DNA of 64,000 nucleotides from assembly GCA_036172245.1 (NCBI GenBank), contig JAYWIR010000009.1, forward strand, positions 1,984,001-2,048,000. Direction: 5' to 3'. Shown here piece by piece: positions 36,761 through 50,689 of the stretch; the first letter of the stretch is position 1, and each line of letters begins with the position of its first letter. Below the pieces are notes generated by a model. That model ran no database searches and had not been told where the DNA came from. It worked only from the letters and a program-made list of their open reading frames with translations. Source of the stretch: Raillietiella orientalis (lineage: Eukaryota). The position numbers and the translations under genes were made by a program.

Positions 36761-39224
36761 GGGTGGGTAGCGGGAGGAAGCATCGGCGGTACCAGTGCTC
36801 CCACGACAGGCCGCCGCCGGCGCCAGCACGAACCTCGCCGGAGACGAGGAATGGACATCCGCCGCGGAGCTGTTGCGGCCGCTGGGCGTGGACCAAGGAG
36901 AAGAAAGAGCTGCCCCGACAACACGTGGAATGCACGGGAGCCGAGCGCCAAGATCGTTCCAGGCACAGGAGCGGCGAGAGACCTGCAAGGTGAGTGACGC
37001 AGAATAGCGCCCGAGGAAACCAGGACGCGGTGTTGCAGGATGAATCTCCACGTCTCCGAGCCTCATCCTCTACCGGTGCGTTCAGTAATTCGAATTCCGT
37101 GTTTTTCTTTCCTTCCCAGCCCACGCTTGATGAGAAATCGCCGTCTCGCGTGCGCGTTTTTTCCAGGGGAATCACGAAATCCTTAAGCATCAGCGCCAAC
37201 TATCTCCACGTTCCGAGTCATTTCTTCGCCTCCGGGCTGCTAGCATCAGAACATGCCATTGGATCCACGAATGGGGAAAATGGGATGGGATGTAGTGGTT
37301 GTAGGGCCTGTTTCGCACGAGCTGCATACACCTCGTGCTCTAACGGCGTAGTCGGAAAGGAGCAATCATAACCCCGGAATGCCCAGCGGCTACTCGCGCG
37401 GATGTGCAGCAAAATCTAATCCTCGGCAACAGGAAAGGATCAACGGAGCGCCGCTGCCCCTCCAGCTCACACGCTTATGCTGCAGTTGGAAGGTGAGCAG
37501 CCTCCACGGATGGAACAACTCCCCAGAAGCAGACGCCCATGGATGCATCCGTCGTCCCCAGGAGCACCGCAGCCCGCCTCAGGGTACGACCCGCGTTCCC
37601 AGAACGCACGTCCGCCGTCCACATGAGCTGCCTAGCAGCGAGACCGGCATCGCAGGGGCAGCCGTCTTTGCTCCGCCAATCGCGCGAGCTGAATGGCCGG
37701 CACCGGGCGGAAGCCGACCACGCCCTGCCCATACCCGCTCGCGAAGGAATCGATCTCCACGGAAGTGCTCGCGGAATGGCCGAAAACTGATTGCGAGGAA
37801 AGAGCGGAAAGGCCGTTGGCGCGCACACCCAACGAAAGGCACGCCTCCGCTGGAACGTGAAGGCGGGACCATTTCCTCAAACAAGCAACCGGACATCTCT
37901 TGCAGGGGCACGCGATTCCGGAGCCAGGACATCAGAAGGGTTCTTCGCAACCCTCTCACGCCACGGCTGCACCACCCCATCCATTCGTCCCTTGGTCCAG
38001 GAATCGCAGAACCCATCTACGGTGCGATGCTCAGAAAGGGCAGCAAGACCCATCTGATGAAAGAAGCACAGGCAGCAAAGTCCTACCGTTTGCCCCATTC
38101 CCCATAACCCAGTCATCTCTTAGACATTCTCCCCTCCATACCGTCCTTGTTTTTTTTTCCTTTGCTATGCTTGTCTCGAATCAAGGTGCGGCCATACTGG
38201 CCACGCGAGGTCGCCCCGTTGTCTGCTCTACAGGAACACGGCTAGCAGCAGGAAGCGCCGCTGAGAGGTGGCAGCGCGGATACGTCTCAATCAGCCCCGT
38301 GAATAGGCAGACGAGGGACCACCAGGATCCCAGAAGCCCGCATGTGACCAGCAGGCAAGGCACAAACTGCGGCAAGCGACAAGCAATTCCTCATGTGGAC
38401 TCGAATCCCGCAGTCCAGAGTTTTGGTTGCGATCTACGCTCTCCAACTCTACATGGCTTCCGTTGACGGCCACAGTGACGTCACTCGGAGAGCTGCTCCC
38501 TCAACCCTTTGCATTTCTGGCGTCTCAGAACGCGGGGACGTCTCCCTGGCGTTTCAGATGCGTCGCACTCTTCGGCGCCCCACTGTTCTTCCTAACAGTA
38601 AGGTGCCAGGCCTCCTCCAGGAACAGTTCGCTTCGCCCAGCGGACCTACAGAAAGATGGCCACCTGTGGTTTCCATTTCTCGCCAGGCGAGAATTTTCCT
38701 CTCGTACCTCCGCGAATGCATTTTCACGAATGAATGGCCGCACGCGCGAGAGTCGCTTTGTTTCAGGAAGATGCGCGATTTGTGTGCCCAGAGTCCCGGT
38801 GATGCAGAGTCCTGGGAGCCCAGCTGCCCCTGGCCATCCCACCGTCGCAAGTGGGCATCGCCTCCGCGCGCGGACTGTTGCGAGAACCGAGGGCTGTCCA
38901 TCTCCGGCATCGACCCCTTGATGCGATGGGATTTCGCTAGGGCGCGAGCGAATTCCGTCCCGCCCACCTGTGCAGGGAGGACCTTGCGGGCGGCGCTGCT
39001 ATCCTACCGCCGGGGAGGCACCGCGTCCCCTGGCGCCACCCTTGCGTTCGTCTCCTTCTGTCGGCGTGAGTGACTTCTGTCCCTTTCGTCATGAGCAGTG
39101 GTGGTGACGTCACTCGAGCTGTGTCGCTTTCTCTCGGTGCCACTGCGAGCGTTTCATGCGCCACGGAGGCTTTTTCTGGTCCTCGGAATGCTGAAGTTCT
39201 TGTCGTGCCATTTCTGGAAATCTG

Positions 39225-41005
39225 CGGAGGAAGAAAAAAGCAAGGAAGGAAGGAAATGAATCAAAAAGGAAAGAGAAAACATTTCCAAGAAGAACAAAGC
39301 AGGAAAGGAGAGGAAAGAAACAGAAAGAAAGAGAGGAAAACCAGCAAAAGAAAGCAAGACAAACAGAAAGACCTATGAAACAAGAAATAAGATTGAACAG
39401 TAAAAAACGAAAACGTCCAGAAGAATCCGGAAACCGGAAAGCTGAAAGGAAAAGAAAAAGAAAGAGAGGGGTAAAGAAAAGTGAAAGAAGAAAAAAAGAA
39501 GCGGAAAGGCACAAATGAGATAAGGAAAGGAAAAAAAATGGAAAGGAAAGAAAGAAAGGAACAAAAAAATGGAAAGAAGGATCACAAGCAAGGAAGCAGA
39601 GGTGCCGGTCAACAGGACGAAGAAGATCCACATGTCTGTGGCGGCGATGCTGCTGCTGATGGACGCTCCACTGTTGTTGTGTTCTGCGGCTCCCCGTGGC
39701 TTGTGTGCTGTGGTGGTGATGGTGGTCGACGTCCAAGAAGTTTCCCCTTTGTGCTGTTTCCTATCTTTGCTCCTTGGATTGGCTGCTGCAGTGGCTGAGC
39801 TTTCCCGTCTGTCTGCTTGCCTATTTGGATTTGATCCTTTCTTTTGCCCGCCGAGGGTGGTCAGTCATGCAGCCAAAGGCAAAAAAAAAAAGGGAGGAAA
39901 CGGAAGGGAAAAAGAAAGGGAATGGGAAATGAAAACAAAGGAGAGAAAAGAAGAAAAATAAAAAAAGGAAAAAGAACCAAAGGCAGAAAAACAGGAGAGG
40001 GGGGAAGGGAGAAAAAGAAGAGGAATAAAAGGAGAAAGCAGAGAAACAAAATAAAGAAAAGAAGAACAGAATGAAAAAAATGAAAGGAAGGAGGGAGAAA
40101 AAAAAAAAAAAAAGGAGGGAAGGGGAAAGAAGAAAACTAAAGGGAGAAAAGAGACAAAAAAAAAAAGGAAAGAAGAAAGCAAAGGAAAGAAAAGGGAGGG
40201 GGAAAGAAAGAAAGAAAGAAAAGAAAGGAAGGGGAAAGGATACACAGAAAAAAAGAAAGAAGGAAAGAAAAAGAAGGGAAAAAAGGAAAATGATGGGATG
40301 GAATAGACAAAAAAAGAAAAGAAAGGAGGAAAAATGGAAAAGCGGAAAAAAAGGACAGGAGCAGAAAGGAGACTGAAAAAACAAAAAGAAAAAAAAGAGA
40401 AACGAGAGAGACAGTAAAATAAAATGGAATGCAGAAAACAAAAGGAATGAGAAGAGGAATAGAACTTGGAAGGAGATAGAAAAAAAAGAAAGTGAGGAGA
40501 AAGGACAGAGAAGATGAAAAACTGAAAATCGAAGGGAAAAGAAAGAAAGAGGAAAAAAGAACAAAGGGCAAAAAATCCCGAAAGAAAAAAATTAGAAAGA
40601 CACCGGGAGGATAGAGTAGGAGAAAAAAAAAACGAGAAAATAGGGGAAAAAAGAGGAAAAAAACAAAAAGGAGGAGAAGGGAGAGGAAAAACCAATAGGA
40701 AGGACACACGAAAGAAGAGTAAACGAAAAGAGAACATTAGCAGCAGAAGAAAGGAAAGAAAAAAAAAAAGAAAAAGCACCAGGATTAGAAAGGAAAGGAA
40801 AAAAAGATAGAGAAGGAGAAGAAAAACAGCACAGTGGAGAATGGAGAAAAAAGAAAAAGAAAAAAGAAAAGAGAAAAAAAATACTACCAGGTGAAAGGAA
40901 AGAACAAAAAAATAGAAACAAAAAGCGGGGAAAAAAAGGAGAACATTAGGAGAAAGGGGAGGAAAAAGAAAAAGGAAAGAAAACAAAAAGGTGGAAAAAG
41001 ATGGA
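39225..41005 (+). repeat. Long polypurine (A/G-rich) tract, the reverse complement of 26090-27870
   Basis: Inverted copy within the duplication; differs only by homopolymer-length changes and a few substitutions. Confidence 0.95.
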
Positions 41006-41473
41006 AATCGAAAACTCGCACGGAAATTTCGCCTCCGTGGAAGCTGCGGATTTGTCTTGAAGTTGCGGAGATGAATGCGGTGAATGCTACGTTGAGAGGT
41101 GAGAGGTGCGCGTGGGTCCGGGGGTGGGGTCGACATTCGAGGCCGTGGGTTGCTAATACCTCCGAGAATCGGTGTGGTTTTCCCCTCAGGCTGCCAACTG
41201 GTTGGGCTGTAGGGACGTGCCCTGCTGCGGAGCGGTTGCAGGATGGAAAGAGGCGGCAGGAATGGAGGATGCTCCTGCAGCGTTGGAAGCACCCTTGCAG
41301 TGGGCTTGCCTCCGGCAAATTGGGCGAATGTGCCGACTCACTTCGAGGATATAGTCTTTATCGCTTTCTGGATTTACATCGTTTCCTCTGCTAGAGGCAT
41401 CAATAGGGCTAACGGTATTTGCGGCGGCTCGTGAATTGAATCGCTAAGGCTTAATCTCTTCAATCAGCTGATT

Positions 41474-44400
41474 GAGGCTCTGGCATCAATGCGTGGGTGG
41501 GTGAGGTCCATGGAAGCAGAATATGAAGTCGCATGCTTTCCGCTACCTCAGCTGTAACGGCGGGGTTTCTTCACGTGGTGGGTGGACCGTAAGTGTCTCC
41601 CAGGGGGAACGTTGTTTTAGTGCAGGCTTTGCAGGCTGGAGATCTTGCGGAGGTTTCGGGGCAGAAAGCTGCGGACCGGATTCGGGAGCATCAGGTTCAC
41701 TATGGGCTTCCGTCGGGGTAGAGAAACCGGAGGGCTTTTGGCGCTCGATGTGGCGGGAGTAGATATCCCTTGACCGTTTTATCGTGGAGGCGTTTGCCGC
41801 CTGCCTCTGAGTTGTCGCCACCGTACCCGGGATGCTGAGGCGGGCGATCGCCACGTCATTTTTGGGGTCCCAGGATCCCAGGGAACCCACCACAATTGCA
41901 TCCACGTAAACAGCGAAGCCCTTGGTCTTAAAGGATTCGGCAAGCAGGGCATATTTTTTGGTTTTCTCAGCCCGCGCATGGCGGAGTGCTTCCCGTCGGT
42001 TTTCAAAACGGATGCAGACGTCGATGATCACCACGCGCTGGTCATCCCGGGCGAGCAGGTCGGCCCTGAGGGAGGAGTTGGAATCTTCGACCTGTTGGTC
42101 ACTCATAACACAGGGTCAACGTTCCCGTGCGGCATCTAGGAACAGGGAGAGGACCGCGTCGTAGCGCCCCGTGATAAGGGAGCCCAGGTGGTAGCGACAG
42201 TGGCAGATTACGTGACACAGAGTTTCATTGGGTCACGTGCACCTGCGGCAACGCTCGAGGAAGCCCGCACGCCTCATATGCCCGTTAAGGGGGAGGAGGT
42301 TAAGGCGGGCACCATGGATGAACCTCCAATAGGAGAACCGCAAAGATTCACATCGTTGCAGAAAGCCATTGAACGCAGGATAGAAGCATACACAGTCCAT
42401 GATTCTTCCCCGGCTGGGCTTTTGCAGGGGGGAGACAAGTCTGTCGTCCCTTCTGGCGTTGCGGAGGCTGCGAGCAACTTGACGCCTCTGGTACATGGAG
42501 ATCCTCGTACCGTCCATGATCAGTTCCACGCCGTCATCCTGTAACATCCAGGTGACAGGAAGATTCTTGGAGGCGCTCCGGACTGGGGGCCAGATGCTAC
42601 GGGGAATACCGCAGGGAATGTTGAGTGGCGAATCGCAGTCCCCATTGAGGTAGCGCTAGAGGAGCAGGTTGGTGCGGGGAGAACTTTGATCTCCGGGAAG
42701 GGAGACGACGTAACTTAGAGAGGGGAGGGCCAGTTGCGCGACCATGTGGTCCGGGCTCGTCAGAAACTTGAATGCTGAGTCCAATATCATGATCGTGCTC
42801 TACTCCTGGAGCAGCAAGCAACCTATGCCTCCGTACATGGAGGCCGTATATAGACACTCCAAGAAGGTGGACTGGGGCAGGGATAGGATTTGTGTTTTCA
42901 CTATGTCCTTCACCTTCTTGTCCAACGACTTTCAGAAGGCCAAGGGTTTATGCCCTAGGCGGAGGGAGTGCGTGAAGGCAGGGAAGAAGAAAACCTTAAG
43001 GGCATCTAGTTTTTGAAAGTGGGTCAGGAAGGAGTCCATCAGTCTCAGGAGGGAGTCAAGTATATGTGTTTTCCCGGCATCCGATTCGAGGGCACACAAG
43101 CCAAGGGCTTTCCCAGGTAAGAGTAGACATCGGAATCCTCCACTACGGGAATGGGGACGTTGCACACCCGAAAGGTCGTGGGCCGAGTGCCAGCCAGGCG
43201 CTGATGCACCAAGTGGTAGGAAGCACATTTCTTGGGTTGATTCGCAACCGACCTTTCGCCGACGCGCAATAAAGCACATCCAGAGCACTTTGGAGGGATT
43301 GAGGGGACTCACAGACGAGCGCTACGTCGTCCGCGTATGCGAGACAGATGCAGTCTGGGCACCGGTCAGAGAGGGGAGACAGGATGGTTTCCAACGCTAG
43401 GTTGAACAGGAGGCCGCTGAAGAACGGCCCTGTAGAACACCTGCTCGGATCGCCACCGGTTCTGTTGCATCAGTCGTCCCTCCAAAGGTGGTCACAGATC
43501 CATCGTAAAGGTCGCGGATAAGATCGGTGAAGTGATGAGCCAGCCTCGCGTGAAAAAGAGATGCAAGTAGATAGTCATGGGGGAGGAAGGAGGACGCATC
43601 TTTCAAATCAACCCAGGCAATGCACAGCGGCTTCCGTTGCATGCGGGCTTCGTCATTGAGGGTAGAGAGGGTGAAATTGCTCTCCGGTACCCCATCGAAG
43701 GGGAGGAAGCCCTTCTGCCGAAGACCGATCACGCCACTGCTCATGTTCCAGTCCCGAAGTCTCTTCGCCAAGCACTTGGCAAGCACTTTCCCCATCGTGT
43801 TGCCAATCGCGATGGGGCGGAAGTCGCTAAGGAGATCTTTTCGCGGGTATTGTTTCTTCGGGATGAGGATGGAAAAGCTGTCTTTCCATTCCTTAGGGAA
43901 TCGGCGATGGGTCAGGCAGGCACCATATAGCCGTGTCAAGACGGCTGCCTGAGGATCATCCCTTAGGAGTGTGGCGTATGCAATGCGGTCCTCACCAGGG
44001 GCAGTGTTCCCTCGCACTTCGCAAGACATTCAAGGATTTCGTCAGGGAGGAGTGGTTGGAGGTCCAAGGGTTCGATTGGGGGGGGCGGGGCTCTGTCCAG
44101 TTGGGAGCTGTCCATGTGCTTCGGAGAGTGGATGTCACTGAGGTATGCGTGCATACCCGCAGAGTCGACAGTGCACCGACCGTGGTGATGTCCAAGGATT
44201 TCCCTTATTGCTCGCCTCCGTTAAGTCCTGTATACAAGTTGAAGGCGGGCCCTCCCAGGTGTATTCCTCTGTGGAAGTGCGGTGCGTGCAGCCCCCCGAC
44301 CCTTCTTGTGGGGTTCAGAAACAGTGCTCTGGACGCGTCGACGATACTCTTGGAGAGCCAGCAACGTCCTCTTCCATGTGTCAAGGCTCGGCTGCAGCTG

Positions 44401-46474
44401 CACAACGTCGTCAAGCGCTCGTGATAGGTGAACATTGGGTAAGCGCATGGCTTTTCTGCCGAAAAATGTCTGTCGTAGGGACGGGGCCATGGCATGTGGT
44501 CGAGAGGTTGGGGTAAGGTAATGCTTCCTCCGTCGACATTGTGGCTGAGAAGGCGCTTTTCCGCGAGCAAACGAGCGCCGATGAGGGTAAGCGGATGCCA
44601 CAGGCGGAGGCCGAGGTTCACTGCCTGGTGAGTACTCCATCCTTCCCAATCGCCCACTCATAGGATCGAGGGGTATGCTCCGTAGGCGGGAGTTGGCCAA
44701 GTCGTTCGAATCTGTTCGCTAGTGGGATAGTCGGAACGGGGGGGGATCCTTCACTGGGGGAAGAGCCAGCACTGATGTGGGGCGTGAACGTTGGAGCGAG
44801 CGTTTCACCATTTGATGCCATCTCAGGTGGTTCTGTAACCCCTTCTCGTTGGGGAAGGCGAGCGAGCAGTGTGGCTGTAGGAACTGGGCCCAGGAGGTGT
44901 TCGGTTCGGTGGCTTCTGGAGCTATCTTTACACATCTATGGAGATGCGTGGGCACGGTCACCGGAAGGAGGCAACGACGACACGCCAAGGAGTGCCTTTT
45001 AATGGCCAGCTTGGGGACGTGCTTCAAGTGGCGATCGAGCGAGTGTAGGGTACGGCTCCCGTACGCCGTTGTGGATTCCCAGCCTCATCCCTCTTCAATG
45101 CAGTGTATGTACTTTGGCATGGGAAAAAGCACCTGAAGCGCATCGTGGCCAAGAAGAGAAACATCCGGTGTATTCGGTTGTGGCGGGGCCGGTTCGATGG
45201 GCGTCGGTAGGGATGGTTAGGGCTGAAAGCTTCTCCATCGATGGGCACGACCGGCGGCTCCGTGTGGGGGAAAGTGTCACTTGGGGAAGCAAGCCTCAGG
45301 GAAACCTCACGGATGTAAGATTTGGAGACTGGGGGTGCACTCGGTGGTACGTTAATCCCGAGGTCCGACACCCAGCTCGTCAGCTATTCGAGGGAGGGCA
45401 CGGAAGAGACGACGTGTTGGCTAGAGTCGTCAAGGGTCGTGGGTTCCTGCACTATCGGCAAGCACCGTCTCGTGGTATTCACCATCAGAGTCTTATTGCG
45501 CTCCTCCCGGAACACGCCACTGTTGCAGTGCTCCCGAATTCACCGGCTCCCAAGAGCACATCCGCCGCGTCAGACAGGGCAGCAATGTCAGTTTGTGAGG
45601 GGGAAGCGACGGTAAGGACGGAACTGTTCGACACGCTTGGGGAAGGCCCGAGTTGCGCCAGGCTGGTGATTAAATGATCGTCATCGCTCCTGGCGCCGAA
45701 AGCTGTCACCGAGGAAGGGGAGGCACCAGGCACAGGGTCCGACAGTGGTATCCAGGCTTGTTCGTCAGCACAGTCAAAGGAGAGGTTATTCTGCTCCTTG
45801 TGCACGATGCGCACATGCCTCTTCAGTAAGCCTCTTTCGTGGAAGCGGTTGGGGCAACGGGGGCACCTGAACTTCAGCATGCGAACCGCGGCGGATAATG
45901 GGATCGCTTTTTTCCTGCAAACGTGTACCGTGGGTGCAGGATGAGGTATAGGGGATCGGCAGGTCCCGCAGAATGTCGCCATTCCAGTCACACTGATGTC
46001 ATGAGTTCGAACTAGATGGCGCTTCATGTTGCGTCTGCGTTCCGCTGGGGTCGAGGCCACCGAGCACCCATGGCATCCATACAGAGGGCACATCAGAGGC
46101 AGCGGAGTAGGGAGGGGAACCCACAAGCGGGCATCAGCGCATTCAGGGATGTCATGTTCCTCCACCGGCATAGATCAGCGCTGTCCATCAAAGCCGGTAT
46201 GGAGGCAGATATATGTATCGGTATTTGGCAGCCCTGATTCTGCCAGAGAACGACGAGAAGAGTGCCCAGTTTATCTAAGGAGCCGCCATTGCCCGAAGGC
46301 AGCCCTTCTCCTTCTGGGAGACACTTTTTCCCGGAGAGGCAAACAAAGGAAACCCTTTCCTTGAGGGAAAAGGGGGCAGGCAGTTGGGGATAAATTGGGT
46401 GGAGAAGACAATAGCGAGTTGAAAGGGGAAGGGGCATTCAGGCGTGCCGTACCGCGAGCGGGATTCTGAGGAAT
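41474..46474 (-). mobile_element. Inverted duplicate of the inactivated Utopia/NeSL-like retrotransposon
   Basis: Same motifs and the same disabling stops and frameshifts as 20620-25620 (ORFs 45485-46171, 43397-44029, 41543-42106). Confidence 0.9.
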
Positions 46475-49439
46475 CATCATGGCTCATGTAGTGCGCGAAT
46501 ATAAGAGAATGCAGCAAGGATAGTTTGTGATAGAATTGAATAGATTTAATTATGTCGACATTGTTATTCTTTAAACATTCAAGTAATGGAATAATTCAGA
46601 ACAGACCATCAGACCGTCAGGTTCTGTGTCACCCTTGTACGACCACAACTGTGGAAAGACCGCGTGTACATACAGATTTTGTGACAACACACTTTTAAAC
46701 AAAACTAAGGAAACAATCGCGAAAAGCTACAAACTCATTTAGAATAACCCAAAAGTTACACGGAAGAGTTACCGCACCGTGATCGGCAGCGTAGTGGACG
46801 AAGGCGGTCGCGCTGTGGTTTGCCAAGTGAAGAGGCGTCTCATTGCACTGTCCACATCTGCGACACGCGCCATCCCGCCGGATGAAACGATGGTCGACGA
46901 ATCGCAGTGATTTCCGGATGAGGCGGAATGACTGCTACCAGGGTGGCGCATTTTCCTTGCCTCGATCAGGAAGTTGTTCAGCGATTTGTCCCCGTACGCG
47001 TTCTCGTCATGCCGGCTGGAATGTACGTTCCGGATTCTTCTTACGTGACACTTGCGATTTCTTACGCGAAAGGTCTCTCGAGATTTGACGATTCGCTCGC
47101 AGTTGTCTGGCGGTTGCTGTCCTCAATCTCGTTGGTACGCTTTCTGTCCCAGCAATGGTTGAATGGATTTCTTCTCTGACTTGCGTGGCAAATCGATCCA
47201 CTTCGTCCATGAGGACTGGTTTGAAAGTCGCCAGCGCCGAGATAAAGAATCCCGGAAGCTCAAACAAAATAAAAGTGCACATATCCGTATGGAGAAGATG
47301 CGGATGGATGCATATTGATGGATGGGTGATACATGAACACCTTGCTCCTGTTTTTCCTGCCTTCGACTGCGTTGGAAGCCAGTGCATTGCCAATTTTGCT
47401 GATGAGTGGTTCCCGGGTGCCGGACTTGCGGCTGAAGGCGCGCGCGCATCTTCAGATCGAGGGGTTTATGGATAGAGCCACTGCGATATTCCTAAGGAGA
47501 CGAACCGACAGGTTCGATCTCTGATTTGACTCCGTTGGTTTTGGAAGCTGATTAGGGATTGCGCATCTTCGTGCGCACTTTTCGATGCGTCATTAGGTGG
47601 AACGTGCCGCTTCCTGGTGCAATTCATCCAGTTCTCAGCAAAACAGTGAAATCTTTGATGGCACGTTGCTGAACAAGGCACAAAATTGGCTTCTGGGTGA
47701 CTTTGCAATAGATTCCTGATAACTGTAGCCATTCTGGAGTCGCCACTTTGCAAGCTGCTGGCTAGGAGACTCTTTCCAGCAGGCTTGTGTTCAAATGCAG
47801 TCGTCTACAAAGATGAAGATGGTAACGCAGTTTGTGACTCTGCTGATGTGATTACCAGACAGCATGCGTTTGACCCTTTAACAGTGGGAGTGATGGTTTT
47901 AGAAAGAGTGGCTCTGCATGCACACTGGATATGGGGAAAGTAGGCGTAGGTCAGAATCAAAATTTCCATGAAATTACAGCATCCTTCCCAGTTTTTTTTT
48001 TTAAAAAAAGAGAGCTGGTTATTCCAGCATCCGAAGCTCCTGAAATCATCTTAAGACTTGAAGATGCTGAGGTAAGCCCAACCCGAGAGCGGTACTTGAT
48101 CCCAGCCAGTTGCACCAAGTTTTTCAACACAATCCATGTCGTCGTCTCTGCAAACTGGGACACGGATCGGCGCCATAATCCACCATTGGAAACAAACCAT
48201 CACCTCCCTTCCTGATATGCCGGACGATCGAGTCGACAAATCAATTTATTGCTAATCACTTATGCCTCTATATACTTGAAAATAAGAATTACAAACGGCG
48301 GGGCACATGTCAAATAGTTGTTATTATTTTTGTTTTCTACAGATCCATTCGATGTCCCTGCACGTTTGGAAATCAACTATCAGATATTTCGAAACCGCTT
48401 CTATGCCTCACGGCGTAAGCATTTATTATCTTCTTCTTCCGCTGATCGTCCGCATCCGTCCATGGGCATCTCAGTTTTTTAATCTCGTAACCTTCTCCGG
48501 AGCGTCTCGCCTTCTTGCATGGCGTTCGAATATACATGACATACCCCTCGCGCCAAGCGTTCTGTAAAAGCACTGCTCCTTCGTTTGAAAGCGCACTGCC
48601 GTTTTCCCAAATCCTTATAACCAGGCACAAATCCAGGTATCGGGTTCTCGAGAAAAGGCAATTCTTCGCATACAGTATTTATGACCTAATGAGACTTGAC
48701 AGTGTACCTCATTCCTTGCTGCACTGAATATGCGCTCCAGAGGCCCAAATGTATACCTTGTTCCAGCTAAACTCGCCTTGTGGAATACATCACGCATGCC
48801 CTTCATGTTACGTGGCTCCACCCATGTCTTGCAATCAAAACTGTCGTGTACAAAATACAACAGATAACTTCCTGTTGGCTCCCTGCCTTGCATCACAAAA
48901 CTCTGTTACCTTGGATTGCCACGGATGGAGATGCCCCTATCAGTGAAACCATTTCGCCATCCTCGACGCCTCAGACGTGTTACTTTCAACCATCTCCTAC
49001 AGCGATCCACGTACATTCGGCGAACATTCCTGCTTCGCCTACACTTTACTGCACGCTGTGCAGACAAGCGCTTCCCTTTTCTAGTAAGTAAAGGAAACTA
49101 TGCATCTCCCATCCTTTGCGGCCCTCCTCCTTCGCCCTTTACTTTTTGTGTGCCCGCCCAACCCCAAATTAGGACACGGACAAGGGGTCTCATCAGGAAA
49201 TCCCTTGGGGTAGCCGGCGTCCCCGCGTGCCACTGAGAGACATGTGCGCACCACGCAGGGACGGTGGACTTGGTCTCCTGACGTTGGACCGCATGGAGCG
49301 TCAGCTCCTATTCAGGAAAGTTGCCCTTATGGCGAAATATTGGTCAGCACCGTGGTGTGCACCCATCCAACACTTCGTCCACAGGGCAACCGGTTGCTAA
49401 GGATTGACCTCAATCCTAGTAGCTAACGACCGTAGCCTG

Positions 49440-50666
49440 AAGCATTGTGGGTTTCAGCTACATGACCTGGTTGCTCTGGTGAGGGGCAACCCGTAAATCT
49501 CCTGCAGCCCCGAAAACTGGACTACCTGGCTCCAGGAGTCCGTTTCCGCGTGGGCAAAAATCAACGGCTCTAGCGAGGTGGACTTCTCCTGCCTCCGCCG
49601 AGGCAGGTACGCTGGCCAGCCTCTGTAGAAGATCGTATCCAACCCACAGAAACTTCTGTGAGCTTCCTTCACTTCCCTTGTCTCCGTGCTGCCCTCCCTT
49701 TAGAGAAGCCAGGGACAGCCAAGAAGAAGCATCTTGGGAAGTGTCCTGCCTCATTGGAGGCAGGAAAAAACTGATGAAGGCGTGGACGTCCCGGGAACTA
49801 GCGGATGCCAGTACCCTCACTGTCCCGCCGAATGGACTTGTACGCTAGGGCGAGCTGCTCGACATGCCTCCGGAGGAGGTGAAGTGGCCCCCAGCGTCTT
49901 GGGACAACGGCACCCTTCCCCTGCAGTGGCAGGAGACGGCGTTGCTTCTGCTCCATTGGGGACTTTTAAGCAGAGCACGCCTGTCGCACTGGACCTAGGG
50001 AGCGTGGATGCCAATTGTGCAGAGTGCGGGGAACAAGAGACCTTCCTCCACTTAATCATCGAATGTATTGCCCTCCGTCAGATGTGGGATCGACTCTCGT
50101 CGATCCTGAACATTCCGGGGGCGGCCCCAAGAACATCTTTCGACGCCTCCTTACGCGGGACGTTAAGCCAGCCGTCGAGTGTGTATCAGTGGTCTGCTGC
50201 ATACGCGGGATCTTGGAGAAGTGGACCGCAACTAGGAGAGGACGAAGAAGTCTGAATGCCATTCACTGGGCAGCCATCTCTTTGGAGAAGGCTTCCCGTT
50301 GGAGCCGACTTAGACAGCATATGTCTGCACTTGTTCGCATCCAAAACCGGATGCAGAGGCCGCCTCACGGCGCACTGTGATCCCTTCCCTTCCCTTCCCT
50401 CCCCTCCCCTCCCCTCCCCAGAAAACCTTGTCCCCCAGGCGTTTTTCTTTTTTGTCTTTGTTTTGTTTTTTCCCGCCCCGGCGCCAGTGAAGTGGCCCTT
50501 ACCTGCCTATGGGTCGGTAAGGACAAGTGCTCCAAGACTGTTTGGACATGTGTGTTGGCTGAAAACAAAAACAAAAACAAAAACATTGACAAGAAAAAGA
50601 TTTTATTATGAAATTTTTCTTTGTAAAAATTTTTATAATAAAAGCCCCGGATCACCCGGGGGAAAA
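49440..50666 (+). mobile_element. 5'-truncated L1/Tx1-like retrotransposon with its 3' end
   Basis: ISCSPENWTTWLQESVSAWAKIN; NCAECGEQETFLHLIIEC (CCHC); stop within GTGATCC near 50378; 3' UTR with (CCCTT/CCCCT)n and (AAAAAC)n; AATAAA at 50637-50642, hairpin CCCCGG-ATCAC-CCGGGG, then AAAA. Confidence 0.8.
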
Positions 50667-50689
50667 TCCTGTGCAACGAATACCTGTGT

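Larger units (their letters stand above)
38490..48921. repeat. Right arm of the ~10.4-kb inverted segmental duplication
   Basis: The outer end CTCTGTTACCTTGGATTGCCA (to 48921) pairs with TGGCAATCCAAGGTAACAGAG at 18173. The innermost ~100 bp is clearly more diverged than the rest. Confidence 0.97.

Noticed and set aside
18173..48921. A giant terminal-inverted-repeat or foldback transposon
   Set aside because: No target-site duplication at the outer ends, no recognisable transposase or integrase in the spacer, and the arm begins mid-sequence.
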